Positions 34,228-46,950 of a stretch of DNA of 64,000 nucleotides are shown piece by piece. Source of the DNA: Cladosporium halotolerans (lineage: Eukaryota). A model generated the notes under the pieces. That model did not search any database, was not told the origin of the DNA, and worked only from the letters and a program-made list of their open reading frames with translations. The position numbers and the translations under genes were made by a program. Where the stretch lies: NCBI RefSeq assembly GCF_011745625.1, contig NW_027191473.1, positions 62,001-126,000 on the forward strand, read 5' to 3'. Each line of letters begins with the position of its first letter. The first letter of the stretch is position 1.

Positions 34228-35659
34228 CGTCGTTCCTGGCATTAAGATTCAGAAAGGGATGGTCGATGGGCGAGGCCGTCCTTCGACAGGGCCAACTTCC
34301 GCCGAGTGGGTGCGGAACTAGGGTTCGCCGAGGTGGCCTCAAGGAACTTAATACCGGGAGGCCGTTGCAAAGTCAAGAACATTGCAGCACCTCTTGAGGT
34401 CCAATGCTCGCCCAGAGCTAGACATCGCTTAGTACCCAGGCCTGCAGAGTCACAGTCAGGCCTTCGCGATCTCGTGAGCCGAAGACATTGCTCCTGGGAA
34501 GTATGGTTGCGAATGGGTCTGAGCATACACTTTACCCATCAAAAGTGACGGTGAGCGAGCTCGGAAAGATGAAGAAAGGGAGCGAAAGTGCTAGAGATCA
34601 TTCTCTTCGCAGCAGAATTCCGGCTTTGTGGTTACGGACGCATTAGTGTCGCTCAGTGTACAATATATTGACATGGCAGAGTCATGCGAGAACAAATCTG
34701 AACACAAAACAGCTCTGCAGCAAACATGGCGTTGTCAGCATTGAATCGCAGAGGCGTCACGGCACATTTGAAACAACACATTCAAATCAGTATGTCCATT
34801 TCGCATTTGTCGAGTAGCTAGAATCCGCAAGACCAGCTGCCAGACCCGCCATCGCAACACTCGCAGTACGCATCTCCAAATTACCGCTGGCTCTCGCTCC
34901 GCATGCAGCAGAAGCTATCGCGCCGCAGATTTCCGCAGCCAAAGAGTCCTCGTTCGTGCCCAAGTTTCAGAGGGGTAACGTACCTGGATCAAAGGAAAAG
35001 CTCGTGGGGTATTTGTGATGCTAAGCGACTCGAGAAGGCCGCCGGGTGCAGTGTTAGGAAAAGGGGAACAGAAACAGGAAGAGAGACAGAAAACAAAGGC
35101 AACAACAAATGTCTGGTCCATAGGGGTATATCTCGCTCAAGACCGACCGCGCAATCAAAAAGAACCTGGTGAAATTGTGACCGCCAGAGAAAAACACCTC
35201 GCTGAGATTTTGTCGAACGGATTGGTGCTTCCGGCGCAGCGTGCTGCGCTGAAAGTGATGACCAGCGCTGTGGCCCGATTAGGGCTCTGCGCCAGAGAGT
35301 GGATGTTGTGCTTGATGGGGATATGTGCTCATCGTGCTGAAATCCGGAGAAGCAGATCCCGAAGCAAGGAAAGGAAAACAAGTGCCCAGAGAGAAGCCCG
35401 CGTCGATTATAAAAGCAAATAGTTGATGGAGAGGCATGTGATGATGATTTTCCGTTAGGCACGCGAGATCCAGCGTAGAAAGGTGAGCGCTTGGTTGCGC
35501 CTGCAGCCCATCCTCATTGTTCCTGATCGTGATGGTCGTTGAAGTCGTGATGATAGCTGCTGATACTTTCCAATCCGGGCCTTAATCGGATGTGATGTGT
35601 TGAGGATGATATGCTTGAACGCCAATCGCACGAAAGCCGTCGATTCGAAGTGAATTGTC

Positions 35660-37504
35660 TCAGTTTTCCGCGTCAGTGTCTTCGTCCTCAAGATCATCGA
35701 AACTGATCCCGTAGGCAGCCATGAGGGCCTGGTTTCCCAGAGTGAGGGACTGCAGCCAGTCGGAGGCGTGCTGAAGAACCTCCGAGCGTGAAAGACCGTG
35801 AGAGCCGCCCCGCAGACTGGGGACAAACATGTTAAGCTCGTCGTAGTTGGTTTTCATGGCGTCACGGCGCTTCTGCTCGGAGGCAATGTGGTTGTTGCGC
35901 TTTTGAGTGTCAGAAAGGTTGTTGCGTGTCGGCTTACTCTCAGAGCGGCGCTTCTTGGAAGACGAGGACCGCTTGAGGGTCGCCGGAGCAGGTGTCGAGG
36001 GTGATGCGCTCGCGGTAGTGCTGGCAGTGCCCGGACGCGCGTTAGATCTGCGACGCTTGGATGAGCTTGGCGGGGTGGCAAAGGTGTCCTGGCTGTGATC
36101 GTTGGTGACCTCTCTATCGAGAGTGATGGAATCACGGCTAGCGACAAGCGCTGAGGTCTGTGACAGCTCCTGTGCGCCTTGAGATTCACCTTCAACCTGG
36201 CTTCTGCGTCTCTTGCGCGACTGCTGAGCATCATCGAGGCCTTCCATTGTGTGCATAGGCAGGATTTGGTTGGTCGATTGCGGCATAGTCGGACTGGTGT
36301 ACTGCGACAGAGCGGCGTTGCTCAATTGTTGAAGATTGTTGGGAACGCTGTGGCGCTGTTGATGACCAGTGCCACTCATGCCAGTAACCTGCTCATCTGC
36401 AGCGACAGAAGCATGTGAAGTTTGAGCAACCTGCCCAGCCCAAGGTACGTTCAACAGATTATTCGACTTGTCCTCAGCCATTGAAAAGCCGGAAGCTTGG
36501 TAGCCTTGCTGGCTGAAATTCTGATCGGTGCCATACTGCAGCGTCGGCGCACGATGCTGACTGAAGCTGAGGCCGACTGCCGCCTGCGGTAACTGCCACT
36601 GCTGGGAGTGGCTGTCGAAAATGCGACTGCCGGAGTTGCCAAGCTGCATTGATTGATGGCGGGTGTGGGCAAAATTGCTAGGATGAGAGACGTGTGAGGC
36701 AGCGTCGTGATGCTGGAACTGGGAGTGAGAGGACGCACGACCAGCGCGATGGTACTGCTGCTTGGCTGTCGGCGTAAGAGGGGTGGTAGTCGATCCAGAG
36801 GAGGGATTGACAGACACAGCGGGGCTGCCCAGCTGGCCAGAAGAGTACCCATTTGGGTTGACCATGTTGAGATTGCCCCACGAGCTCCCGCTGAGCTCGC
36901 TAGCGACCGCCGGCTGTGAGTGCTCTTGGCTATCTGAAGACATGCTCAAGAGAGCGGAGACTGCCTGGTTGTCGTGATTCAAAGATTGTTGCGAGTACGG
37001 GTCTAGATTGCGCCCGTAATCGTGCAAAAAAGTTTCGAAGCCACCACTCACATCGTTCTGTGACAAGTGAGGCATTGCCATGTGATTGGTAGTGCGCGGC
37101 ACCTGAGCCGCAGGCATGTGCGTGCTGCCGCTGACTCTTGGGTTTGTGGCGCTCATGGCATTTGAAAATGGCAGGCCGAGTGCACTCATGTTGGTATCCC
37201 CGCCCTTCTCATTAATCCCGAAGCCACGGAGATGTAGCGGCACGATCTCCTCGTTGGCGATAGCGGCGTCAGGGTGATCCCAAAAGTTGTCCATGAAGCT
37301 CTGCTGATTCTGGTCCATCAACGGGACGTGCGGTTGGTCTTGCGCATGGTCCACAGGGGCATGCTGAAGGAAATTGTAGGCGAAGGGTGCAGGGTCGGCA
37401 TCTGTTATCCATGTCAGAGAGCGCTCATTTGTGTTGGGTAAGATTACTGCAATGGAAATGCAACATGGAATACACACAGTCGAAGTTGGCATCTTGCTGG
37501 CCAT
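35660..37504 (-). CDS. bHLH transcription factor
   Basis: C-terminal KRNNHIASEQKRRDAMKTNYDELNMFVPSL...SRSEVLQHASDWL; Q/S-rich N-terminal region. A short 5' intron near 37400-37475 is possible. Confidence 0.85.
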   Translation of the reverse strand: MASKMPTSTVCIPCCISIAVILPNTNERSLTWITDADPAPFAYNFLQHAPVDHAQDQPHVPLMDQNQQSFMDNFWDHPDAAIANEEIVPLHLRGFGINEKGGDTNMSALGLPFSNAMSATNPRVSGSTHMPAAQVPRTTNHMAMPHLSQNDVSGGFETFLHDYGRNLDPYSQQSLNHDNQAVSALLSMSSDSQEHSQPAVASELSGSSWGNLNMVNPNGYSSGQLGSPAVSVNPSSGSTTTPLTPTAKQQYHRAGRASSHSQFQHHDAASHVSHPSNFAHTRHQSMQLGNSGSRIFDSHSQQWQLPQAAVGLSFSQHRAPTLQYGTDQNFSQQGYQASGFSMAEDKSNNLLNVPWAGQVAQTSHASVAADEQVTGMSGTGHQQRHSVPNNLQQLSNAALSQYTSPTMPQSTNQILPMHTMEGLDDAQQSRKRRRSQVEGESQGAQELSQTSALVASRDSITLDREVTNDHSQDTFATPPSSSKRRRSNARPGTASTTASASPSTPAPATLKRSSSSKKRRSESKPTRNNLSDTQKRNNHIASEQKRRDAMKTNYDELNMFVPSLRGGSHGLSRSEVLQHASDWLQSLTLGNQALMAAYGISFDDLEDEDTDAEN

Positions 37505-40360
37505 TGTGGCCGCTGTAGCTCATGACTTGAGCCAGTTTGACGGAAGGCACCGGTTGGCGCTGGGCAGTTGGATAACTTGGTCGGAGATGAGTCTGAGTTC
37601 TTTGGATGTCGCGGAGTCGCTTCCCACAGGGAGGCGCAATGGTTGGTTGAAGTAAAGAGGATTGGTCAGAGGGTGTCGGTCATAGTCCCCAACTGAGAGG
37701 CGGAGAGGCGAAGATGCGAAGGACGACGTTTCGGCGGTGGGTGGGTGAGGTGGGAGGTTGCTGTTGAAGGAGAGAAGACTTGGTATTCTTGGGGCAGTCA
37801 GCTGGCACAAGGCTACAATAGCTGTTTCATGTGCTGCTATTGTTGTCACCTGCCAATGAAGATCCTATTGTTGCGACCTGAGGCCCGAGTCCGCAGGCCA
37901 GCCGGGCGCACCACCGAGCAGTCTTCGTTCTGTTAATAGCGACGCAGTTATTGTTTCGCTATTGTGGACTCGGTGAGGTATCTGATGGTTTGCTGAGTTT
38001 GTCTCGCTAGTTGTCGCGGCACAGTGGTGATGTGAGGTCTGCATGAGCAAGGTGGTGGTCCGTTGAGGTTGCTGGCTGTCACATGCGATTCGACTCCACG
38101 AGCGCATGTGAAAGACGCCAAGGCCTGCGCCACCTCTTCAGCCTTAAAACGTGGCTAAGGCGCCAGAACCTCAGCTTACCAGCTCCAGCTCCATCGCCTT
38201 GAAAATTGAACACTTGTGCTGAGTCTGTATTCTGTCGTGCCATAACGACTTGGTTTAGATTTGCGCTTTGGTAGTATAATGAGACGCTCCAATATCTGTC
38301 GCTGCCAGCCTCTTCCGATCCATGATTTCTCGCAAGTTCGCTTCGCTTTTTCTGTGCCGGCAGGTAACTCTGATGCTGCAGCTCTACCAGTTCATTAGCA
38401 GTGTGTTCAGGAAAGGAGGCTTTGATCTAAGGGCGCAGTGCACCTGTATGCAAGCAATTGGTTGATTGCAACTCCGCATCTTGCCCCTCCTCCAGGTAGT
38501 TGCGCTTTGCTTGCCTTCCTCGCTTGTTCCAGTATGTCCGTTTCTCCTCAGCAATCCCTCACTCTGGTTTGGTAGGTATGGCTTAAATGGGCATAGCATT
38601 GTTCAGTCTTAGCATAATATTCGGATGCAGCATGAATGGCAAGGCTGACGGGACGCTAAAAAGTTTATAGACGAGGAGTCCGTTGGTGGTACAGCTCGTC
38701 TGGTTTAGAGTCGACCTTGCTGTTCAAAGTCCGCTCACTGCTCATCACACTTCTTTCCGAACATCTCACTTCTGAATCGTTCCGGGTTAGAAGAGCCTTC
38801 TATTGTCGCGCGGCGCAGACAATGGCCTGTTCCTCCCGCGCCCTTGTCCCAACGGACTTGCGAATACAAATTTCCACATCTGGCTACACAATCGGTTCCT
38901 GCATACGATCATTGGAATGATCTCATTCACTGCAAGACTAAAGTATGGTACTTGTTCAGTGAGCTCTCGGAATGAATGTATTCAACAGCCCTACTTCGGC
39001 AAACATCATGGAGAGGGTGCGTGCCTCCACTGTTGTCGCTGTAAAGGAGGCTCGCGTGAGAGGCTGCCATCCTTTTAACTTCACCAAGTTGACATCTTCC
39101 TGGTAACAGCTTTTCATGGACGAAATGATTGCCGAGCGGGTACATTCATTGTCGATCCTTGTTTCCCATCCCCATGTGCCAACCGGTGGCGCTTCGGCTG
39201 ACTAAAAGGAGCGCCATCCCAGAATGGTTAGCGTATCCACCATGGGCTTCTCTCCACTACTCCTGCTCTATTGTTTCCTTCGAATACTCCTACGCAGGCC
39301 GTCTAGATAGACATAGGTCCGAAAATCTCGTGATCTCGATTTCATTCACAGCCGAATTATTCCTGCGCGGAATCTTCGATCTCCCTCGCGAAGGTCGAAC
39401 CGACGCCGGCGGCGCCAAAGCCAAGCCATTGGCTGCTCGCCTCGAGCCTGCAGGACGCTATGCATGAGGGCCGGTGAGCAAATGCGCGAATCGCCGGTCG
39501 AGGCTGCAGACGGGAAGCCCGAGATGGTTCTCTGTGTGTGCTGGTGGGCGCGAAGCGTTCTCTGTCGCTTGACGGACGCGCCGGACCAGGTCGCGTTGGC
39601 ACGAGAGCCACGACTGCTAACAACAATGCCATGTACCACCAAGGTGATAGAAAGGAACAGTACTCACCAAATACTTGTCTCGGAGCGCGCTTCGAGCCAG
39701 CTATCTTGCTCAACTTGCAAATGCCGTTTCAAAGGCGGCCCAGAGCCAACGAAAGGCTTCGCCAGTGTTCGCTGTCGAGATCCGCCATCAGAACTTCTCC
39801 ATGAAGACGGGACTGGGCGGAGAAGTTGCGCACTCCAGTGGGCTTTCGTGAGTATTTCAAGTGCTTCTTTGTCGGGAAGGACTTGACGAATCGCCTGCGC
39901 AGCCTGTTTGATTGACCAGCGCGCATTCGAATCAGCCAGACCGTGGTCATGAGGGTACGTAGACGCCGCGCTTCCATCCCGATGGTTTCCAGCTTTTGAC
40001 CAGTCGCGGGTTCCATCGTCGGTCATGCGCGAGCTTTGAAGCGTAGGTGGAATGACCCTGCGTCGCCGCCGAGGCCACATCCTCGTCTCCTTCGCAATGA
40101 GGAGGCGCGGAGGGCACCACCAGGCTGGTCGGATCAGGCTCTCTCGTGCAACGAGTGGTACGCTGGTGGCATCCCGCTGCATCAGGATCAAATGAGTTAT
40201 CACTTTGTCTGATGACGCTCCCTGGGTATTGCGGCGTGGGGAGACACCGTCAGCGGGTGTGTCCTTTCCTTCACTCTGTCCCCTTTTCAATTCCATACCT
40301 CTTTCTGAACAAACATACTGACACCGTTCATCCGCTTTGTCTGAACATGTAAGGCGAACG

Positions 40361-41257
40361 ATGTCGGAGCCTTCGGAAGACAATGCCGAAAGTGGGCGCA
40401 GTGACAGCGCACACTCTCCACACAGTATGCAGGGTCTCCTTCGCAGCCTTCCAGAGTCTCAGCCGGGCCCGTACACGATACAGCGCTGGACTGATGACCA
40501 TGAATCACCAAACCCAAACTCAATCGCACGGGCGTATTCGTTTCCAGAAGGCCCAGCCAGCGCCCCGAGAACGGTAGTGTCCCAAACCAGCTCCATGACG
40601 GCAATCACGAGGCCGAACCAGTCGGTATTCGGCTCGAGTCTCACTGGGCCCGAACCATCTTTGGTTCCTGGCTCCACCCTTGCTAGCTCTTCCGTAGGGA
40701 CCTCGAACGTCGCCCTTATTGCGCAACCTGGTTACTTTGATGGCGACGGCAACCCTGTACCTCCATACGGCGTGGAGATCCGTGTCGCCGATCTACGTCT
40801 TCCGGTTGTTCGAGAAGCGGATCGCTTGGTCTGCCTATTTGGCTTCCTGAATTGCGACAGAACCTTTGAGGAGGCAAGAGAGTGGTACGAGCACTCAAAG
40901 AGCCACTTCCAGGGTAAATCGCCGCCTGAGAAGTTGCAGTGTCCTTTCCCTTCGTGCCGATGGAAGGTCGAGGGGACGGATGGTGAACACGCGTGGACTG
41001 CGAGGTGGGAGCACTTCGAGCAAGATCATGACCTTCTGTCAAATTCTGAGCGACTGTCGGCGAATCCTGACACTCAGTTGATCACTCACCTATGGAACTC
41101 CAAAGTGATCGGTGGTGCAGAGTTCCAGGAGCTTCGCCGTCAAGGTCGACTCGGCAGAGAAAGTCAACCTTTTGTCGAGACTGTGAGATCAACTCATCGG
41201 CGGCAGCAGCGCATGCCCGTCTCGACACGCCAGCAAACCTCAGCTTTCCGGCGCTGA
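40361..41257 (+). CDS. Hypothetical protein with two atypical C2H2-like motifs
   Basis: CLFGFLNC...HSKSH and CPFPSC...HFEQDH. Start site uncertain. Confidence 0.6.
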   Translation: MSEPSEDNAESGRSDSAHSPHSMQGLLRSLPESQPGPYTIQRWTDDHESPNPNSIARAYSFPEGPASAPRTVVSQTSSMTAITRPNQSVFGSSLTGPEPSLVPGSTLASSSVGTSNVALIAQPGYFDGDGNPVPPYGVEIRVADLRLPVVREADRLVCLFGFLNCDRTFEEAREWYEHSKSHFQGKSPPEKLQCPFPSCRWKVEGTDGEHAWTARWEHFEQDHDLLSNSERLSANPDTQLITHLWNSKVIGGAEFQELRRQGRLGRESQPFVETVRSTHRRQQRMPVSTRQQTSAFRR

Positions 41258-42073
41258 CATACGAGTTGATGACGAGCGGCTGAAGTCCAAATCCATCGCT
41301 TGCCATCGGATGCTTCTTCGATCGACAGAGAATCCATCCTCGAAATCTTCGTGGCTTTCCTTGGTAGTTTGTCACCGTGCCAACTGGGTGACGGACGGCC
41401 TCTGTGAACTTTATGATGAGTAACGATCTCTCTTTGCGACTTGCGTGTCAATCTGATAGCGAGTTTGAGCGAACAGAAAAAATCTTTGGTCCAGTCAAGG
41501 TCGGAATTGGTCGGTGAAATGTTCAAAGTAACAAGATTGTAACCCCCCTTGCTTCAAGCCAAGCTAGGATCTGACAACTCGGCGTGCGTGAGACAAGGTT
41601 GAAGGAAGGCAACTGTGACGGCAATAACGGCAACGCGAAACGATTTCATAGGCACAGGGCCAGCCAGTGTATTTATTCTAAGCATCGCACATGCACTACG
41701 TTTACGAGGCGATCCACCCGGATTCCTTGCCACCATGGGTCACATTTGTGTGCAGTCTCACAAGTGCCGCGCGCTGCGCCACGTTTTCCGGATCAGGGCC
41801 TTGACTTTAGCGCCCTTGCCCGCAGGTTAAGGCAACCTTTTATGTGATGTGGCCGCCTCATCACAAGGGTGGCCTGGCCGTCTTCCACATCCCGTTGAAC
41901 GGACGTATGTTGTTGGTCTTGCAGCGCTGGTCTGATCATGTGCGTTATATACCTTTCAAGAAGCGGCAGATATGGATTAGCATATCGCCTAAGCCCATGC
42001 CAGCACAGCAAGAGAAAATCAACCACTGAGATCTATGTCCCCATCGATGCCCAAAATGTGAGGCGAAACTCCC

Positions 42074-44310
42074 TCATCCACCAGCCTCTAGCTCAGCAAT
42101 CCTCTTCTCTACCTCCGGCACGCCTCTCAGCAACACATCCAACTCATCCTTCTCTTCCTCGAGCTTCAGCCTCTTCTCCGCGTCGAGCTTTGTGAAGACA
42201 TAGCTGCCCTGCCCGTCGAAATGCAGGATCCATCCGTGATAAGCCCACAAGCTCTTGCGGTGCGAGACCGTCATCAGCGTGATGCCGAGACGCTTCGCCT
42301 CGTCGTACATGATCTTCTCTACCTCTGCCGTCACAGACGACGTGCACTCGTCCAAGATGGCGTACTTGGGCGCGTGATAGAACAAGCGGGCGGCAGCGAT
42401 GCGCTGTTGGTTGCCGGTGGAGAGGACGTCAGCCCACTCCGCTTCGGTGTCGAGACCCGACGCCTTGTTGTCTTGGCTAGACGAGTGGGATGCTTGAAGG
42501 CCGAGGAGCTTGTCGATGCCTAGGACTTTGAGAATGTCCATTAGGTCCTGGTCAGTGACGCCCTTCTTTCTCATCTCGTACAAGCCGTCTGGGTACAGTA
42601 TTTGCTGCCTGAGCGTGCCTTTGCTGAGGTACGGGCGCTGTGGGATGTAAAAGATGTCTTCGCTGGGTGGCTTGCGCACTTTGCCACCGTAGACTGGCCA
42701 GAGGCCGCCTAGAATGCGGAACAGTGAGCTCTTGCCGCAGCCGTTAGGGCCCACGATGAGTAAGTGATCGCCTCGCTTAATGTGGAAGTTGAGTGACTTG
42801 ATCAAAACATCGCCGTTCGGAGAGACGATGGGCACGTTCTCGAACTTGATGTCTTCACCCTCTTCTTGCTCGCCTCTGCCGCTGAGGACAGCAGAGTTTG
42901 CATCTGTAGAGGCGGAAGACACGAGTTGCTTCTCGAAGTGGCCCCGCCGCAAGTCTGCCAATACTTCGAGCAGCGTGCTGACTCTGCTTGTGTAGCCAGC
43001 AAGCTGCGAGACCTCCTTGTAGGAGAACATCAATCGGCCGAATGCATCACTGCTTGCGAGCAACAACCTTCGACTCGTGATGAAGCTCTCAGTCCTATCA
43101 CGGCCAGCTCCACCTCCAACAGCACCAGGAACTTGGAAGAAGACCGGTATCGAGCAAAGCAGCAACCCAAGCGCACCCCAGAAGTACTTTACGACAAAGT
43201 CTTCCATAATGCCATGATAGAACTTCCGCCGCAGGATGCGGTTGACATGCTTGATCAGGGTGAAATAGCCCTTGTCCAAAGCATCCTTCTCTGCCTCATG
43301 TCCGTTGTACAAAGCAATCTCTTCACTATAGTCGATCAAGCGCGAATGCTGGAATCGGAACTCCCCCTCTAGCCTTGCTTCTTCTGCGACGTATTTGCCG
43401 AACGGCGGCGTCAGGGCTCGCATGAGGCTGGCACTCAATTGTACCAGTAAGCTCATGGCGAACAGTCCTTCGCCACCAACACTGCGACTCAAGCTCCAGT
43501 TGTATATTATGAGGTCTAAGATGGGTTTCGAAAGACTGCCGTAGAGTTCGGCCAAACTGTTGGAGAACTTGCTAACGTCGACAGTGACCAGCTGGTCGGC
43601 GTTCTTGATCCGGTCATCCAGTGCCGAGAGTGTGTAGAAGGTCATTTCGTGCAGATAGCGGTTGTGGATATGGTGCGTAAGCCGTGTCCGGTATCGTAAG
43701 GCCAGTGTTGTTTGATGCCACGAAAGCTACGCAGAAAACCTGTTAGCGGATTCCTTTGAGACGGATCAACCACACAAGGACTCACCATGGAATTCGTAAA
43801 TGTCGCCGGAACCGCTACAATCATCCACCAAACCAAGCCTTTCGCAAATGCCTTGCCCTTACCCTTCACAAGACTGCTCACCAACTGTCCGTCCAACTCA
43901 GCCACGTACAAGCTGATCAACGTCCTCAGCACCAGGAAGATGGAATAACTCCCCAGGAGCCGCATCTCCGTGCTCTTCCATCCTGGCACACATATCCTCA
44001 ACAGCTTTCCCAAGCTCCGGAAAAACTCTCTGTTCAGTTCAACCTTCTTCCTCCCACTTGCTTCGGCCTTCCCGTGCGCAGGCCCAGTGTTGGGCCCTCG
44101 ACGTCGGGCTTCGGCAACTCTAGCAGCAGCGGCTTTCTGCTCTTTGATCGTATTCCGGATCCGATTGGCGACGATCAAGAAGAGCGCGACATATACGCCG
44201 CGCGACACGCGTGTGCGGTTCGAAACGTACAGCGTCGTGAGGTCGTTCAGCATGCGCTTCAGCGAGCGCGTAGAGCACGCCTGGGGCAGCGGGAGGGAGT
44301 AGACAGCCAT
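42074..44310 (-). CDS. PXA2: Peroxisomal ABCD half-transporter (fatty acyl-CoA import), Pxa2-like
   Basis: Exon 1 44310..43786, intron 43785..43727, exon 2 to 42074. EAA-like EEIALYNG, Walker [11 protein letters not shown]-loop IPQRPY, Walker [12 protein letters not shown]2 versus PXA1 assigned from the recalled EAA context only. Confidence 0.85.
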
Positions 44311-44800
44311 ATCGATGGCTGCTTTGACTCGATTCTGCAGCAACGAGACATTGACTGGATCGCGACGTGTCTTTGGGGCGGGATGGAACGTCGTGTTGGT
44401 CGCCTTCGCTGCTCCCTCTGGCGGCTTTCACATGATGCGCGGCTGGCCAACGGCTGCCGAGGCTCCCCGGAATCCCTCCACAGCTCCCTTCTCCACAGCA
44501 GAAGGCCGTGCGGCTGGCACATGAACGGTGCATGACTCGAGGGAGGCGGATGGAATCGCACATGTTACCTCTCGCTTAGTCGTGGTGCAGATAGGTATTA
44601 CTTCTGGTCATGAGGATGGAAACAGTCAGAAGACATGGGGACATTGGAATTACGGGCGCATAAGCGATCCAATTGTTCGAATAACTAAAATAACATCGCT
44701 AATCCCTGCCACTGAGGAGAGCATCTAATCAATCTGGCGATCAAACAATGAACGAACTATTTCTACAGATTTCGGTTCACACCTCTAAGCCTGATGAGTC

Positions 44801-46950
44801 TCAGGCACCAAAAGCTCTGACCCATTCGCCAATCTCGAACCCAAGTCTCCTCAGAGTCGCCCCATCCACTTCATCCGTTCCCTTTCTCACCACAAACAAC
44901 TTCTCTTCCTCGCTCTGCTCAACCAACTTCCCTTTCTCCTCGCCGCCTTTCAAGTAGATAGTCAGATCAGGTCCGATGACGCCACGCCACTGAGTAGCAT
45001 TCCAAGACCAGTGATCGTTGGGCGCGTAGGTGTCTGTGAGCGGGATGCGGCAGGCGAACGTGTTACTGGCGTGCAGAGAGAAGAGCGGCAGAATCGCAAT
45101 TGGTTTCGCCAGAACAATCTTGTCCACATCCATGATGTCGGTGATGCTGTTCTTCTTTATCGGGCTGCGGGAGGCTATAGAGTCCGTTTGTGTCGAAGTA
45201 GATTTTGTGGGCGTGTCGTCATCGTCGTTGTAATTCTCCTCAACGTGACGGTCTGGTTGCGAAGACGTGGATGATACATCCATCTTGGTCAACTTTGCAG
45301 TATTTGGAGAGCTGTTTGCCTCGTAATGAAGACCTTTCAGGATCTCTTTGCTGTTGCCGAGCCACCCTGCGATCAGCATATGGTACTCAGCCATGGCCTC
45401 GTCTTTTCCACTCTCTGAAGATACATCGGGGCCATCGAGCAGCTTGACGTTCAGTTCGTTGTCCTTGTGCAGAGTATCGCTCAGCCATTTCGCAAGGTCC
45501 TTCACAGCCGAAGCATTATCGCCCTCGATGACAATGAGTGGACCGCGAGGCGAGTCCTTCTTCAAAGCCTTCGGCGGTGCAATCTTCCTAAGAATCGCCA
45601 GCTTGGCTTCAAAGGGCATGCTCATGATGACTTCCTCGACAGAGTGACTGGGAGCAGATTTGGCAGACGGGAGAGTTCCGTTAGTGTGACCCGTCTGCAA
45701 TGGCGGAAGCTGAAGTGAGCGATCGTGCGTGACGTGGCCCTGGGACATGCGATGCTGTTGGTAACCTGGACCAGGCCTGGGAGGTGGTGCCATCGGACCT
45801 GGTGCACTGACGACACCGCGAAGACCTGGTAGGCTCTCGCGACGGACATGAGACGCGGGCGACGCTGAAGCCGGCGAATATATTTGCTGGTGCTGATTTT
45901 GAGCCTGATTGAAGGGGAATGGCGTACCCGGACCGACCGCTGTGCCGGCGTGAACGTTGGTGTAGCGAGGTGGCATAACACGCTGGACGGTTGGCTGGTG
46001 GCTGTCCCCGTTGAAACGACGGCGTTTGATGTCAGGGCTCAAAGCACCGATGTCGTCTCTTTCTTCATGTTGGTTCAACTGCATGTTTTGATATCTCGTC
46101 CGACGAGCTTCAGGAGATTGCAAGCTGAGGTCTCGAAGAATGGTAAGGGTCCTGCTGATAGGCGTGGGGGCTGAACCAGGAGTATTTGGGGCGAAGCCAG
46201 GCGCTGTTGGGCTGGTTGAGTTGGAACTCTGGCCGTAAGGTGCTGAGGACGAAAGAATCGTCTTGCCGCCGCACTTGATACACTTGGGCTTCTCAATCGC
46301 TGAGCCAGGGGTGTCTGAAAGACTGTTCCGACGACCGTTGCGCTTGGGTTGGTAGCGATACGTAGGATACTGTTGCTGATGGCGAAGCTTCTCTTCTTCT
46401 GCAAGGGCTTTCCACTCGTTCTTCACTTCAGGTGCTTGATTGCGCCACTGCTCGCCGATGATCTTCGATATTTCTGGGTTGGCTAAGCCTGGATTCTGGG
46501 CTACGACTTTGGCTTGATGGTGCTGGCGATAGAGGATGAACGCTTAATGAAGTCAGTATAATCGTCGTGACAGCCGCGATCGGTGAGCAAGATCTTACCG
46601 TTACGAGGCCTTGGAATCTTTGGATCGGGCTGGCAGATGCAAACACGCGAAGTTGAATCGCCGCTGCTGGCTCTAGTATGCACCGGAGACACTTCGTGGC
46701 TATCGATTTCTTTGTCTTCTTCTTCAACACAAGTGGCCCTTCGCTTCCTTATCGACCGAAAGGGAGGGGATTCTTCAGGCGTCAAAGGCGCCTTGGTGGC
46801 TTCCCCCTGGCTAAGAGCACTTCGTAGCGAACGAGTTGATGCGTTTGATGAGCCGCGACGGCTGGTACATATATTCGCTTGATAGGCGGACAGAGATCCT
46901 TGAGATTGAGACCTGGTTGAGACACCGTGCTCACTCGGCTCCTCTGGCAT
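44801..46950 (-). CDS. HMG-box (Rox1/SOX-like) transcription factor
   Basis: KIPRPRN, intron 46598..46543, then AFILYRQHHQ...NPEISKIIGEQW...WKALAEEEKLRHQQQYPTYRYQPKR. Start at 46950 is tentative. Confidence 0.85.

Noticed and set aside
44801..46950. Mating-type MAT1-2 HMG gene
   Set aside because: The protein is long with a Rox1/SOX-like layout, and no APN2/SLA2-type neighbours are in the window.
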